Origin: a virus
Taxonomy: Duplodnaviria > Caudoviricetes
Reading direction: 5' to 3' (one strand)
IMG/VR virus record: IMGVR_UViG_3300005512_000258
Coordinates: 1 to 28,056 of that record
DNA length: 28,056 bases
The notes beneath the pieces were generated by a model that saw only the letters and a program-made list of their open reading frames with translations, was not told the origin of the DNA and searched no databases. The number at the start of each line of letters is the position of its first letter. Position 1 is the first letter of the stretch. Below, in pieces: positions 1-8,524 of the stretch. Position numbers and translations under genes: made by a program.

Positions 1-561
1 CACGAATGCGGGGTTTTCGTAGAGAAGATAGGCGCCTGCTCTTAGTGCATCTGAGTAGCGCGGAAAATCTGAGCTAAATGGCGCGTTAAATCGATCCGAT
101 CCGAACAACTCCTCCAGCATCCCGTAGTGCATATCGGGTACAAAGGTCTTTTCGACCCGCGTAACGACGGGGTAAACCGTTTTGAAGGCGTTATGCTCTT
201 GTCTGTAAATCTCAGTGATGCGGTTAACAAGCTCATCGTACTCGGGCGTCCCAAACTCTGGTCTACCCATGTCTTCAAACAGCTTTTCCTTTTGCGTCCT
301 ATATCGATCAAAAGCCGATATCTCACCTTTTCGATCCTGTAGCTTGCCCTTGCCCGCCCAGTAGCTCGCAAACTGCGAGTCGGGGGTTAAAAAAATGAGA
401 CCATCATCGTATCCGGGCTCAAACGCATCAACGTCCTGCATTGATCCATGGTAAAGCACGGTCTCTGTGTCGAAACCAAGGTCCTTGGCTTTCTCTTTCT
501 TGCTTTCAGGGAGTGCCGCGATGCCTTTCCGAGTCTCTTTGATGATCTTAGCGAGTCCCAT
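1..561 (-). CDS. ADP-ribosyltransferase-like protein (ART-PolyVal-type motifs), partial, runs off the left edge
   Basis: Not in the ORF track. Hand translation from ATG at 561 is open for 187 codons to position 1: MGLAKIIKETRKGIAALPESKKEKAKDLGFDTETVLYHGSMQDVDAFEPGYDDGLIFLTPDSQFASYWA...VYPVVTR... The LYHGS...F...G.IFLT....AS.....VYPV pattern matches H-Y-[EDQ]-class ART domains of phage polyvalent proteins. Preceded by GGAG, 3 bp after the upstream stop. Confidence 0.7.
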   Translation of the reverse strand, partial: MGLAKIIKETRKGIAALPESKKEKAKDLGFDTETVLYHGSMQDVDAFEPGYDDGLIFLTPDSQFASYWAGKGKLQDRKGEISAFDRYRTQKEKLFEDMGRPEFGTPEYDELVNRITEIYRQEHNAFKTVYPVVTRVEKTFVPDMHYGMLEELFGSDRFNAPFSSDFPRYSDALRAGAYLLYENPAFV

Positions 562-564
562 GAT

Positions 565-1875
565 TTAGGCTCCAAAAATGTCTATGGCGTGAAGCGTGGG
601 GGATATTACTGCGCCACCCTGTGCGTAGTCCGTGCCTAGCTTTTCGTTCATATACTTGATGAGATTATCAATTTTTTCGTCTGTAAACTCCTCGTAAAGC
701 TTGGGATTCATCATCAAAGAGCCTGTTTGCTCATCATAACTTAATGGTCGTCCCGCTTTGTTGATTTGTTGACTGAGCTCCTCAAAAATTGATGGGAAAA
801 CCACCTCGGGTGGAACCGATCCAACAAGGCCACCAAAATTTTCTTCACTCTTTTTTGCCGGTAACACTGTGTCATAGCTGAGATGAAACTTTTCAGGAGA
901 GACGTCGGCCTCGGGGTCCGCTCGATAGATGTTGTACCCAGCTCCGCCTTTCGGTATATCGATTAAATCGGGGCTGGTGAGTGTGGATACGACGTCGTCG
1001 TAAATCGGAAACCCGACGTCTTCCCATCGCTTCTTTTTCATTTCTCCCAAAATGCGTAAGCGAAGGGCGCCTGATCCTTCTCTTGCAAAATCACCACGCC
1101 CTAAAATCTGATCGAAAACCTCTGGGCTTTCGAGGCCTACCCAGTTGGGTATTGGCTTGGTTGCACCGCCGCCTTCTCGAATAGATTTATCGAAAGCACG
1201 TAATTCACGCTTAGGTATTCCGATTGAGTCAATTTGCGCAATCATTGAGCTTAAAACGGGCGTGGAAAAATCAATCGACTCCATGCCAAGTGCAGAATAG
1301 ACGCCTAAAGGCTCTAGACCCGTCTCCTCTGCCGCTAATCGCATATTTTCTTGTTTCTTTCGGGCAATCCCAGACATTGAGCTCCAGCCCTTGCCGGTCC
1401 CTTCACTATCTAGCGTGAACCCAAAGCCTCCTTCAGGGAAAATCTCTCTCGAAAGCGGGACGCCGCGTATTGAAACAATGCCGCGCTGGCCCGAAGACTC
1501 ATACGGTCGATCTGTAGGGTTCGCTAGGCGTATTGATCGGTCCCCTACAACCGGGACGCCAACTTTTCCGACTAAGGCTTCAGGATGTATAATTTTTCGC
1601 TCAGTTTGCGGCACAGATTCTATTTCTGAATCTAATCGTAAAAGCTCTCGGCGAAGAACGGCTGGTGGGCCTTTTTCTATTTTGCGTATGTAAGCGTTAG
1701 CGCGGTCTCGAATTAATTTTTCCGTAACAGGCTTCCCTGTCGCAACGTCAAATGACCCGACAGGCAAGTGCTCGGCTATAAATTGCTCGCGCAACATCGG
1801 GACCGCTTGTTTTTTGGAGGGTTTAGCGTCGTTTAACGCCTTCCTCCCTTGCTTCAAGAGTGCTCCGATGCCCAT
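565..1875 (-). CDS. Hypothetical protein (436 aa), possible virion cargo; C-terminal YAQGG motif
   Basis: Long ORF whose start overlaps the upstream stop (TAATG). N-terminal GIGAL and C-terminal YAQGGAV motifs are shared with the ejection proteins. No catalytic family recognised. Confidence 0.8.
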   Translation of the reverse strand: MGIGALLKQGRKALNDAKPSKKQAVPMLREQFIAEHLPVGSFDVATGKPVTEKLIRDRANAYIRKIEKGPPAVLRRELLRLDSEIESVPQTERKIIHPEALVGKVGVPVVGDRSIRLANPTDRPYESSGQRGIVSIRGVPLSREIFPEGGFGFTLDSEGTGKGWSSMSGIARKKQENMRLAAEETGLEPLGVYSALGMESIDFSTPVLSSMIAQIDSIGIPKRELRAFDKSIREGGGATKPIPNWVGLESPEVFDQILGRGDFAREGSGALRLRILGEMKKKRWEDVGFPIYDDVVSTLTSPDLIDIPKGGAGYNIYRADPEADVSPEKFHLSYDTVLPAKKSEENFGGLVGSVPPEVVFPSIFEELSQQINKAGRPLSYDEQTGSLMMNPKLYEEFTDEKIDNLIKYMNEKLGTDYAQGGAVISPTLHAIDIFGA

Positions 1876-2282
1876 TACGCGGCCTTTTGGTTAGGAATCC
1901 AGTCCTTAGCGAGTATATCAAGCCAGTCGTCGAATGGAATCACTGCACAGCCGGTTAAATCGGCGTAATCTGGGTTGAAAGCGCCCATCGGAAGTGTCAC
2001 GCGGATAGGTTTGTTGTTGAACTTCCAAACCAAGACGGGAATGTCGTCCCCGGCGGCCGTACATACCTGCTCCCACCACCCTTTTTGATACCACCAGCCA
2101 TCCTTGTAGGCCTTGCACTCGATCGCATAGCCGGGAATGGTGATGTCACAGAGGTTTTTGGCTTGATATTGGTCGAGGTTGCGCTTACAACGGACGTCGA
2201 TGTTTTGCGCCTCAAAGAAAATATTGAGTCGTTTTACGATGTCCCGCTCAAAAGCGGCACCCTTGTTACGCGAATCGGCCAT
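1875..2282 (-). CDS. PD-(D/E)XK nuclease, Hjc-like Holliday junction resolvase
   Basis: SRNKGAAFERDIV helix followed by D-I...IECK catalytic motif, typical of phage Hjc-like resolvases. Confidence 0.75.
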   Translation of the reverse strand: MADSRNKGAAFERDIVKRLNIFFEAQNIDVRCKRNLDQYQAKNLCDITIPGYAIECKAYKDGWWYQKGWWEQVCTAAGDDIPVLVWKFNNKPIRVTLPMGAFNPDYADLTGCAVIPFDDWLDILAKDWIPNQKAA

Positions 2283-2289
2283 TTCGCGA

Positions 2290-2800
2290 TAGTATCCTAT
2301 CTGGAGAAAAATTCTAGGCCATAGGGGTCCCTTACTTTTTTCTGAGCAATAGGGGTCCCTTACTTTTTTCCGAATCGACCCCCTACCCCCAAAACCAGAG
2401 CGCTACCCCTCCAACTCATAGCGCTGGGGGTGGGGGGTCCCTTTTACCCGTCGAATAAAATTAGGTTTTGAATGCGCCAAACTCAGCTATAGCTATGGCC
2501 GTGGCGGCCGCCGCGATTCAGGGGGGTGCGGGGGTCCCCCCAATTGCGATCTGAGCGACGTTTTCTGACCCCATAGAGACCCAAATACCTGTCCCCTTGC
2601 GTCCCGTACAGGCCAATACAGGCCGTCACAGGCGCTCAGTGACCCCCCTGAACACACAAATGCGCGGCAGGGGTCACCGAATCGGGCGATTGATCGCTAA
2701 AAACGATGAAAATGCAGGGTTTTTGAGGTTTTTCCGAAGATCTGGGGGAGGGGCAAAGAGAGAGCCTCTCTTTGCGGTTTTACATCTGCGTGTAGGGAAT
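2290..2800. other. Candidate DNA packaging site / genome terminus (cos/pac-like)
   Basis: About 520 bp non-coding gap directly downstream of terS. It holds eight GGGGTC/GACCCC hexamers, palindromes AGCTATAGCT (2485-2494) and GGCGGCCGCC (2503-2512), an 11-bp inverted repeat (2517-2527 / 2642-2652) and ACAGGC x3 at 10-bp spacing. Function is inferred. Confidence 0.5.
2321..2370. repeat. Two identical 22-bp direct repeats ATAGGGGTCCCTTACTTTTTTC
   Basis: Copies at 2321-2342 and 2349-2370 (28-bp period); a partial third copy GGGGTCCCTT lies at 2434-2443. Confidence 0.95.
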
Positions 2801-2808
2801 TTTTACTG

Positions 2809-3336
2809 TCAGTGATCTTTATCAGTAATTGTGCTGTCAGTTCCTAGTAGCTCGGACAGTCGCTCTTTGATGTCGTCCTTGCTCATGCTGTCGATGTTGG
2901 CATTGATGTTGAGGTTCTGGCTACGCTGAATGGTCAAACCACCGAGCTGGTTCAGCTCTTTCACTGCGCTCACAGCCGCGTTGTAGTGGCCGCTGTCGAA
3001 CGCTGTCTCCGCTATGTTCCATAGCATCGACCCAGTCTTCTCAGGCGTGATAGCGAACTTCTGACGCAACTCCTCCTGCTTCAGCCGGATAGCCTTGGTG
3101 ACGTGCGGATGCGTCTTGCCATCCATCATCTTGGTAGCGCTCGCCGCTGGGAATGAGAACCCAGCTCTTCGAGCGGCCTCTGTCTGCCCACACGATCCCT
3201 CTGTGTAGAACCACACGAACGCCGCTTGCATCTCGGTCAGGTTAAGCTCTGGGTCAGCCTCGAAGTGCGCAGGCGTATTCACCAGCGGCTTCAGCTTCTT
3301 CCTCGGTCGTCCCGGTCCTCTCTTCTCATCACTCAC
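2809..3336 (-). CDS. terS: Terminase small subunit
   Basis: LTEMQAAFVWFY...GQTEAARRAGFS...ASATKMM....PHV HTH and AAVSAVKELNQLGGL motif of the Terminase_2-type family. Start moved from 3387 to GTG 3336 (GAGGAG RBS; overlaps the stop of the upstream HTH gene). Confidence 0.85.
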   Translation of the reverse strand: MSDEKRGPGRPRKKLKPLVNTPAHFEADPELNLTEMQAAFVWFYTEGSCGQTEAARRAGFSFPAASATKMMDGKTHPHVTKAIRLKQEELRQKFAITPEKTGSMLWNIAETAFDSGHYNAAVSAVKELNQLGGLTIQRSQNLNINANIDSMSKDDIKERLSELLGTDSTITDKDH

Positions 3337-3505
3337 GATCCAGCTCCTCTGGTCTATCGGTCCACAGCGAGTCGCCGTAGCGTTCATAGTTACGAACCCA
3401 CTTGCGTAACGTGGTCACATGGACATGACAATCACCCGCAACTTGGGCCATTGATCTGCCTTCTTCCAGCAACTTCGTTGCTCGCTTGACTCGCTTTTTG
3501 TCCAC
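3329..3505 (-). CDS. Small helix-turn-helix DNA-binding protein (58 aa)
   Basis: Not in the ORF track. GTG start, MDKKRVKRATKLLEEGRSMAQVAGDCHVHVTTLRKWVRNYERYGDSLWTDRPEELDRE; G.S.AQVA......TTLRKW is a classic HTH. Its stop overlaps the terS start. Confidence 0.7.
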   Translation of the reverse strand: MDKKRVKRATKLLEEGRSMAQVAGDCHVHVTTLRKWVRNYERYGDSLWTDRPEELDRE

Positions 3506-3519
3506 TCATCTAATCCATG

Positions 3520-3840
3520 AGACAGGGTACAGTAGAGGGTAGGGTGGGTGTTTCCTATATACCCCTAAAAACACCTTAAGAATAATACTATCCTTAAATA
3601 TAAAACTACTCTTAATAGAGTTGATATACCCTACCCTGCCCTGTTGATAACCCTAGTAAATTCAATCACTTAACCTACCCCAAAACAGGGTACAGTGTAC
3701 ATCTACCCTTAAAAACGACCCTTTTTGAGGGGTCAGTGAATTTACAATCGTAAAATCGCACCCGTTTAAGAATTGCCCTTTTTTGGCCCAAATCAGCCCG
3801 AGATGTACCCTGTTTAGGGTGTACCCTACCCTGTTCCACC
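3520..3840. other. Candidate replication origin: direct/inverted (G)TACCC(TG) iterons around an AT-rich core
   Basis: ACAGGGTACAGT at 3522-3533 and 3685-3696; inverted TGTACCCTGTTT at 3804-3815, TGTACCCTACCCTGTT at 3820-3835 and TACCCTACCCTGCCCTGTT at 3627-3645; AT-rich stretch ~3555-3625; lies immediately downstream of the primase-helicase gene. Confidence 0.65.
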
Positions 3841-3841
3841 C

Positions 3842-5983
3842 TCAAACGTCCCACTTCGGAGGAGGGATAACCCCCCCATCTTCGATGATCGGCTCGTAGT
3901 CTATGTCGTATATTTTACGCCCATTACTCTTGCGTGGGATGCACCCATTGGCCGCCAGCACTCTCGACGCCTCCTTGAAGTCCGCCACCCTCGGGGAGCG
4001 TATGCCGAGGTCACGCAGAAGCTCTGTCATCTGCACTGGGCGCACCATCGTCGATGTAAACTTGACCCGCTGAAGGATCAGGTCTTCGACCACCGACTGC
4101 GTCCTCGACAGCTCGTTAGACTCTTGCAGTAGCGCTCGCTCTTCACTGGTCAAGAACCACCCTTGCCCGGTATCAAAGAAGCGCACCTTAATCTCAGCCC
4201 ACACCTGTTGCATATCGATCTTGTGCTTGTAGTCGATCTTCTTGACCCGCACAACCCAGAACCTTCGGTTGCCGGTGGGGTCTGTCAGGAACTCATTCTC
4301 GTTGACTGAGCCGTAAAAAATCGTGCGCCGACGATAGCGCGAGAACCCACGATCATAGGGCAGACGTAGCTCGTCATGGCTTCTGGTGATGAACGCCTTC
4401 AACTGATCAAGGTCAGCCTTCTTAAAGGTACTGCCCAACTCTCCGAGTTCACATATCCAATGGCTCACACACTGCTTAACGCTGTCCTTATCGCCGGGGT
4501 TGAGAGTCGCGCCTTCCAGTAGCCAGTCCTTCTGCGGCGCCAGCGTTTTCATCCACTGCGTCTTGCCGAGGGCCTGCTTGCCGACGAACACCAGAATACC
4601 CTCGCTGGATACCCCGTCGTCGCCACACGCCGCCGCTACGCAACTGGTAAGCCACTTGGTCATGAGTATCTCTTTCAGCTCATTGTCCTCAGCCTCTACC
4701 GTGTCGAGCAGTTGTTGAAGCCGCGATGTTCCATCCCATGGCCGTGTCTCGATCCATTCCGCCACAGGATTGCTCTCCCGAGCTAACAGCTTCAAATTGA
4801 AGCGTACCCGATCGTGCGGCACTGCCATCTGTATGCACCGATCTTCGATCTCCGTAATAGCGGCATCCTCTTCGAGGTCCGCAATCAACGTCATGTCCGG
4901 TATATGTATGTTCATACGCTTCTTGATCACGTCGTAAGCCACGTCAATGTCATGCACCTTCAGCACCCCGAGGTGATTGGACTTCGTGTGCATCATCCGG
5001 CCGCGATCATTTTTTTCAAAATCGTAGCTCTGTGGGACCGCGATCTCGGTCATCCTCGGTATGAGCTCACCTTCCATGGCTTGTGCATGGTCGTTGTAGT
5101 CACCGACTTGCTCAGGCATGAGGACCTCGGCGTGTCCGCCTGCTTGCCTAATAGCCTGCGCCGCCGCTATCGCCTTCTGTTCGCCGGTTTTACTCTCGTC
5201 GAAGTCCGCGATGAAGACGTGCTTAGCCTTTGGGTAGACAGTGTGTATGGCCTCCGCTACGGGCTGTAGGTTGCCAGCGTCGAATGCCACCATGACGGGT
5301 TGCTGGTGATGTGCAAAGTAACTGGCGGCAGTGGCGTATCCCTCGGCGTAGTTAATCACCGTAGCATCGGCCAGAAAGTCGATGCCAATGGGGAAATAGC
5401 CGCCCTTCTTCTTGCCGCCTCTAAGGAAGATCTTTTTGCCGTCCTCATCGATAAACTGTAGCGTCTGCACTGACCCGTGAATGTTGTACAACGGGATCAG
5501 TAGCGCATCCTTGTACTGCTTCAATCCATGCGAGGGCACACCCTTGGCTTCAAGGTAGGGGTGTATGTTGCATTCGTGGGCGTTGTCCCACATCGTCTGC
5601 GCCTTCTTCGCAACCACGGTCTGCTCGACCTCTTGCGCCAGTCGCGCCTGCTCCTTAACGCGATCGATCTCGTCTCTCTGCGCCTTGGTTAGCTTGGGTA
5701 AATCTGCGCCTTCTGCCTTCCACGCTCCCAACGGACCGATGTCATATCGCTCAGCATGACCGTAAGGACGGTCCTGATCAAACCATACTTGGTACCACGC
5801 ATTCTGTTTTCTACGCCCATCAACCAGCGTATAAGCGCGTCCTATCTCGCCTCCAGTGACTAAACCCTTCTTTGGATCTGGCTCTACGCCAAGCGCACCT
5901 AGCCAGTCTATAAACTCACGGTGCAGGTCATTGGAGAGAGGTCGTGCAAAATTTTTGGTGTCGCCTTTTATCTTCATTGCCAT
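3842..5983 (-). CDS. Toprim DNA primase fused to a VapE/VirE-type SF3-like helicase
   Basis: HPYLEAKG, LQFI, AEGYATAAS, VAFDAGNL, FIADFD and GDYND Toprim motifs; C-terminal Walker A GKQALGKT, WICELGEL, RLPY and N..EFLTDPTGNRRFW, typical of VapE. Confidence 0.92.
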   Translation of the reverse strand: MAMKIKGDTKNFARPLSNDLHREFIDWLGALGVEPDPKKGLVTGGEIGRAYTLVDGRRKQNAWYQVWFDQDRPYGHAERYDIGPLGAWKAEGADLPKLTKAQRDEIDRVKEQARLAQEVEQTVVAKKAQTMWDNAHECNIHPYLEAKGVPSHGLKQYKDALLIPLYNIHGSVQTLQFIDEDGKKIFLRGGKKKGGYFPIGIDFLADATVINYAEGYATAASYFAHHQQPVMVAFDAGNLQPVAEAIHTVYPKAKHVFIADFDESKTGEQKAIAAAQAIRQAGGHAEVLMPEQVGDYNDHAQAMEGELIPRMTEIAVPQSYDFEKNDRGRMMHTKSNHLGVLKVHDIDVAYDVIKKRMNIHIPDMTLIADLEEDAAITEIEDRCIQMAVPHDRVRFNLKLLARESNPVAEWIETRPWDGTSRLQQLLDTVEAEDNELKEILMTKWLTSCVAAACGDDGVSSEGILVFVGKQALGKTQWMKTLAPQKDWLLEGATLNPGDKDSVKQCVSHWICELGELGSTFKKADLDQLKAFITRSHDELRLPYDRGFSRYRRRTIFYGSVNENEFLTDPTGNRRFWVVRVKKIDYKHKIDMQQVWAEIKVRFFDTGQGWFLTSEERALLQESNELSRTQSVVEDLILQRVKFTSTMVRPVQMTELLRDLGIRSPRVADFKEASRVLAANGCIPRKSNGRKIYDIDYEPIIEDGGVIPPPKWDV

Positions 5984-6048
5984 GTTGAGCCCCTCCCAGA
6001 GATGTGTATACTAGTGCAAGTTTGTACAAACCATCAAGGAGAACTTAA
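5984..6048. promoter_or_regulatory. Divergent promoter region between the primase-helicase gene and the SSB-like operon
   Basis: 65-bp gap with RBSs on both strands (AAGGAG on +, GGAGG on -), the palindrome TTTGTACAAA (6021-6030), and GTATAC/GTGCA boxes. Confidence 0.55.
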
Positions 6049-6792
6049 ATGCCAATGAAACTTTCTGTAGGAGGGGGTGGAGACTCGGAGTACGAGGTGC
6101 CGCCAGTAGGTGAACACAAAGCAATTTGTTTTCGCGTCATCGACGGCGGTAGCGCCGAGGAGGAGTATCAAGGGGAGACAAATGTCCGACATAAAATCTT
6201 CCTGTTCTGGGAACTAACTGAGTGCACCATGCAGGACGGTCGCCGTATGTCTGTCATGGGCAACTACACTGCGTCACTCAACGAAAAGTCTAAGCTCTAT
6301 CAACACGTCACCTCATGGATCAATCGGTCCTTCACAGACGCCGAAAAGCAGGGCTTTGATCCAACAACGCTTGTCGGTAAGGGTTGCAAGCTGTCTATCG
6401 AGCATACCAAAACTGGGCGCGCCAAGGTGGCAAATGTCCACGCTTTTGTGAATGCGTTCGATGACAATGAACAGCTCCGTCAGTTGCCGACCGAAAATGA
6501 TCAGGTCGTGTTTGACTTGGAGGACTACTGCAAGGAGTTCTCTGGTGAGAGCTGTGATGCCAGTAAGCGTATGTGCGACATCTTCGAGACTCTGCCAGCC
6601 TTTATCCGCTACCGCATTGCCGGTTGTGACGAGGTAGGCAAGGAGCCGCAGGCGCCGTGCTATGAGATGCAAGCCGCTCTAAAGCGTGGGAGTGACAGTC
6701 CCGTCGTAAGATCAGCCAAGCAGGACGAGGCTGTGACGGTGGAAGACGACTTCAACCCCTTCGCTGAAGAGAACAACCCGGTACCGTTCTAA
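6049..6792 (+). CDS. Single-stranded DNA-binding / replication protein (NGO0469-like OB-fold family)
   Basis: PPVGEHKAIC.RVID.G, YTASLNEKSKL, GFDPTTLVGKGC motifs; acidic tail ending in PF like SSB C-termini. Confidence 0.7.
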   Translation: MPMKLSVGGGGDSEYEVPPVGEHKAICFRVIDGGSAEEEYQGETNVRHKIFLFWELTECTMQDGRRMSVMGNYTASLNEKSKLYQHVTSWINRSFTDAEKQGFDPTTLVGKGCKLSIEHTKTGRAKVANVHAFVNAFDDNEQLRQLPTENDQVVFDLEDYCKEFSGESCDASKRMCDIFETLPAFIRYRIAGCDEVGKEPQAPCYEMQAALKRGSDSPVVRSAKQDEAVTVEDDFNPFAEENNPVPF

Positions 6793-7067
6793 TGAGTGAT
6801 GAACCAACAATCGAAGAGATTAGGTTGGCCAAGAAGATGCACGACTCCGTGCTCTCCCCCAAGCATTACACACAGGGAGAGATAGAGTGTATAGACGCCA
6901 TGGAGTCATGCTTAGGCCCTCGTAAATTCGAGGGCTTTCTTCACGGTCAGATTTTCAAATATCAGTGGCGGTATGAGAATAAGGGCGGCGTGGAGGATCT
7001 GCGTAAGATGTCCTTCTACAAAGACCGGCTTATCCGTCACCTGATCCACCACAAGGAACCCAAATGA
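6792..7067 (+). CDS. DUF3310 (SaV-like / T7 gp1.7-related) protein
   Basis: V.SPKHYTQGEIECIDAM...GF..G..FKY.WRY..KGGVEDLRK signature. Confidence 0.85.
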   Translation: MSDEPTIEEIRLAKKMHDSVLSPKHYTQGEIECIDAMESCLGPRKFEGFLHGQIFKYQWRYENKGGVEDLRKMSFYKDRLIRHLIHHKEPK

Positions 7068-7840
7068 AAGAATTCAAGCTGGGTGTCTACGAAGACATGA
7101 GCTATGAGGAGTACGCTGAGATCCCTGCATGGCGATCTCACGATCTCACCACGCTCATTAAGTGTCCCTATCAATGGAAGAACAAGCGCGATATGTCGGA
7201 GTCGCCTGCGCTTTTAGAGGGTCGCGTACAGCACACGGTGTTTGGTGAGCTTCACAAGTTCGACGAGGAGTTCGCTATCGAACCGATCGTCGATCGCCGC
7301 ACCAAGGCTGGAAAGGACGAGTATGCCGATTGGCTAGAGGGCGTTGCCGGTCGCACACCGATCAAGCAGGACCTTTACGATGTCTGCATGGAGCGCCGGG
7401 AGGTGCTCAAAGACTTCGTGCCAAAGCCAGAGCACAAGGTCGAGCTGGTCATGTGCTGGGAGTGGCATGGTGAGCCATGTAAAGGGCGAATGGACTGGTA
7501 CACCGGCACAGACGTTTGGGACCTGAAAACCTGTCGCGATGCGTCACCTAGGGGCTTTCGTTCTGCGATCAATACCTTTCGGTATTACCAGCAGGCCGCG
7601 TACTACCTCAACGGTGCGCGCTCTGCTGGCTTACGTGCCGACAAGTTCTACTTCTTGGCTATCGAGAAGCAGTACCCCTACCCGTATGGCATTTACACAC
7701 TCAGCGATGAAGCCATCGCCTTTGGTGATGCACGTAACGAGCAAGCCCTTGCCACCGGGTTGCAGTGCCTAGAGAAAAACGAATGGCTACCTTACGGATC
7801 TATCGATCCAGTCGAGTTTGAGGTAAATGAATTATGGTAG
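7064..7840 (+). CDS. RecE/Exonuclease VIII-like PD-(D/E)XK exonuclease (DUF3799)
   Basis: G...H...E, DRRTKAGK, CKGRMD, DLKT, YYQQAAYY, F.FLAIEK..PY motifs. Confidence 0.88.
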   Translation: MKEFKLGVYEDMSYEEYAEIPAWRSHDLTTLIKCPYQWKNKRDMSESPALLEGRVQHTVFGELHKFDEEFAIEPIVDRRTKAGKDEYADWLEGVAGRTPIKQDLYDVCMERREVLKDFVPKPEHKVELVMCWEWHGEPCKGRMDWYTGTDVWDLKTCRDASPRGFRSAINTFRYYQQAAYYLNGARSAGLRADKFYFLAIEKQYPYPYGIYTLSDEAIAFGDARNEQALATGLQCLEKNEWLPYGSIDPVEFEVNELW

Positions 7841-8112
7841 ACGAAGAAATGCCTGATTTTGATGCTGACTTCAATGGGGACGATTATCAGTCTGAACGAG
7901 ATAAAGAGCGGTTACGTGGGCAAATACTGCGTGTATACACGGCGATTAAGGACGGTCGCTGGCGCACACTTCGACAGCTCGCAGAAACCACGGGTGACCC
8001 TGAGGCCTCCGTATCAGCTCAACTCAGGCATCTGCGGAAGCCGCGATTTGGCGGTCACGAGATAGTGAAGCGATACATCAAAAACGGCCTGTATGAATAT
8101 CGGCTGGTTTAG
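7834..8112 (+). CDS. Winged-helix DNA-binding protein
   Basis: DGRWRTLRQLAETTGDPEASVSAQLRHLRKPRFGGH...YEYRL, a common phage wHTH pattern. Confidence 0.75.
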   Translation: MVDEEMPDFDADFNGDDYQSERDKERLRGQILRVYTAIKDGRWRTLRQLAETTGDPEASVSAQLRHLRKPRFGGHEIVKRYIKNGLYEYRLV

Positions 8113-8118
8113 ATCGAG

Positions 8119-8349
8119 GTGAGCAAACTACGTGGCTTTATGTCCGAGGAGCAACGTGCTCAGGAGGACGAATGGGCGGCTGAGATTAAACTCTGTGCCG
8201 CTCGTCATGCGTGGCGTAAGCAGAAAAGTTTCGTGCCCAGCCGCAAGGGAACGTGGGCACGATGGTGGGAGAAGAAGTTCGGCGGGGGTGAGACCCTCAA
8301 TGAATTTGCGCGGAGAATGCAAAAGAAGCAAGAGGCGAGTAGCGAATAA
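8119..8349 (+). CDS. Hypothetical protein (basic, Trp-rich)
   Basis: Last ORF of the + operon; the start may be GTG 8119 or ATG 8140. Confidence 0.55.
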   Translation: MSKLRGFMSEEQRAQEDEWAAEIKLCAARHAWRKQKSFVPSRKGTWARWWEKKFGGGETLNEFARRMQKKQEASSE

Positions 8350-8515
8350 CCTCTATCGGTGGCTCGTCACACTCACTCAGCCGAATGACCGCAAGATCTT
8401 CCATAATTGCGATGTCTTCACGGAGACGTAGTGCTGTAGCCATAGCCGCTTGATATGCCAGCACAACATCATGCACCTCCACTTCAATTTCAATCTCGCC
8501 AGAGTCATAGTCCAT
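8297..8515 (-). CDS. Hypothetical protein (72 aa)
   Basis: GAGG RBS, follows the 61-aa gene by 9 bp; 3' end overlaps the + strand 76-aa ORF. Confidence 0.6.
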   Translation of the reverse strand: MDYDSGEIEIEVEVHDVVLAYQAAMATALRLREDIAIMEDLAVIRLSECDEPPIEVIRYSPLASFAFSAQIH

Positions 8516-8524
8516 TGCTTTTCC

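Noticed and set aside
42-639. ORF-track calls 42..371, 127..342, 387..575 and 448..639
   Set aside because: Shadow ORFs of the longer ART-like frame (561 to 1), which has an RBS and recognisable motifs.
2321-2370. Mini-CRISPR or att site
   Set aside because: Only two 22-bp copies with a 6-bp gap; no cas or integrase gene in the window.
2597-2815. 72-aa + strand ORF
   Set aside because: TTG start, no RBS, low-complexity translation inside the repeat-rich putative packaging region.
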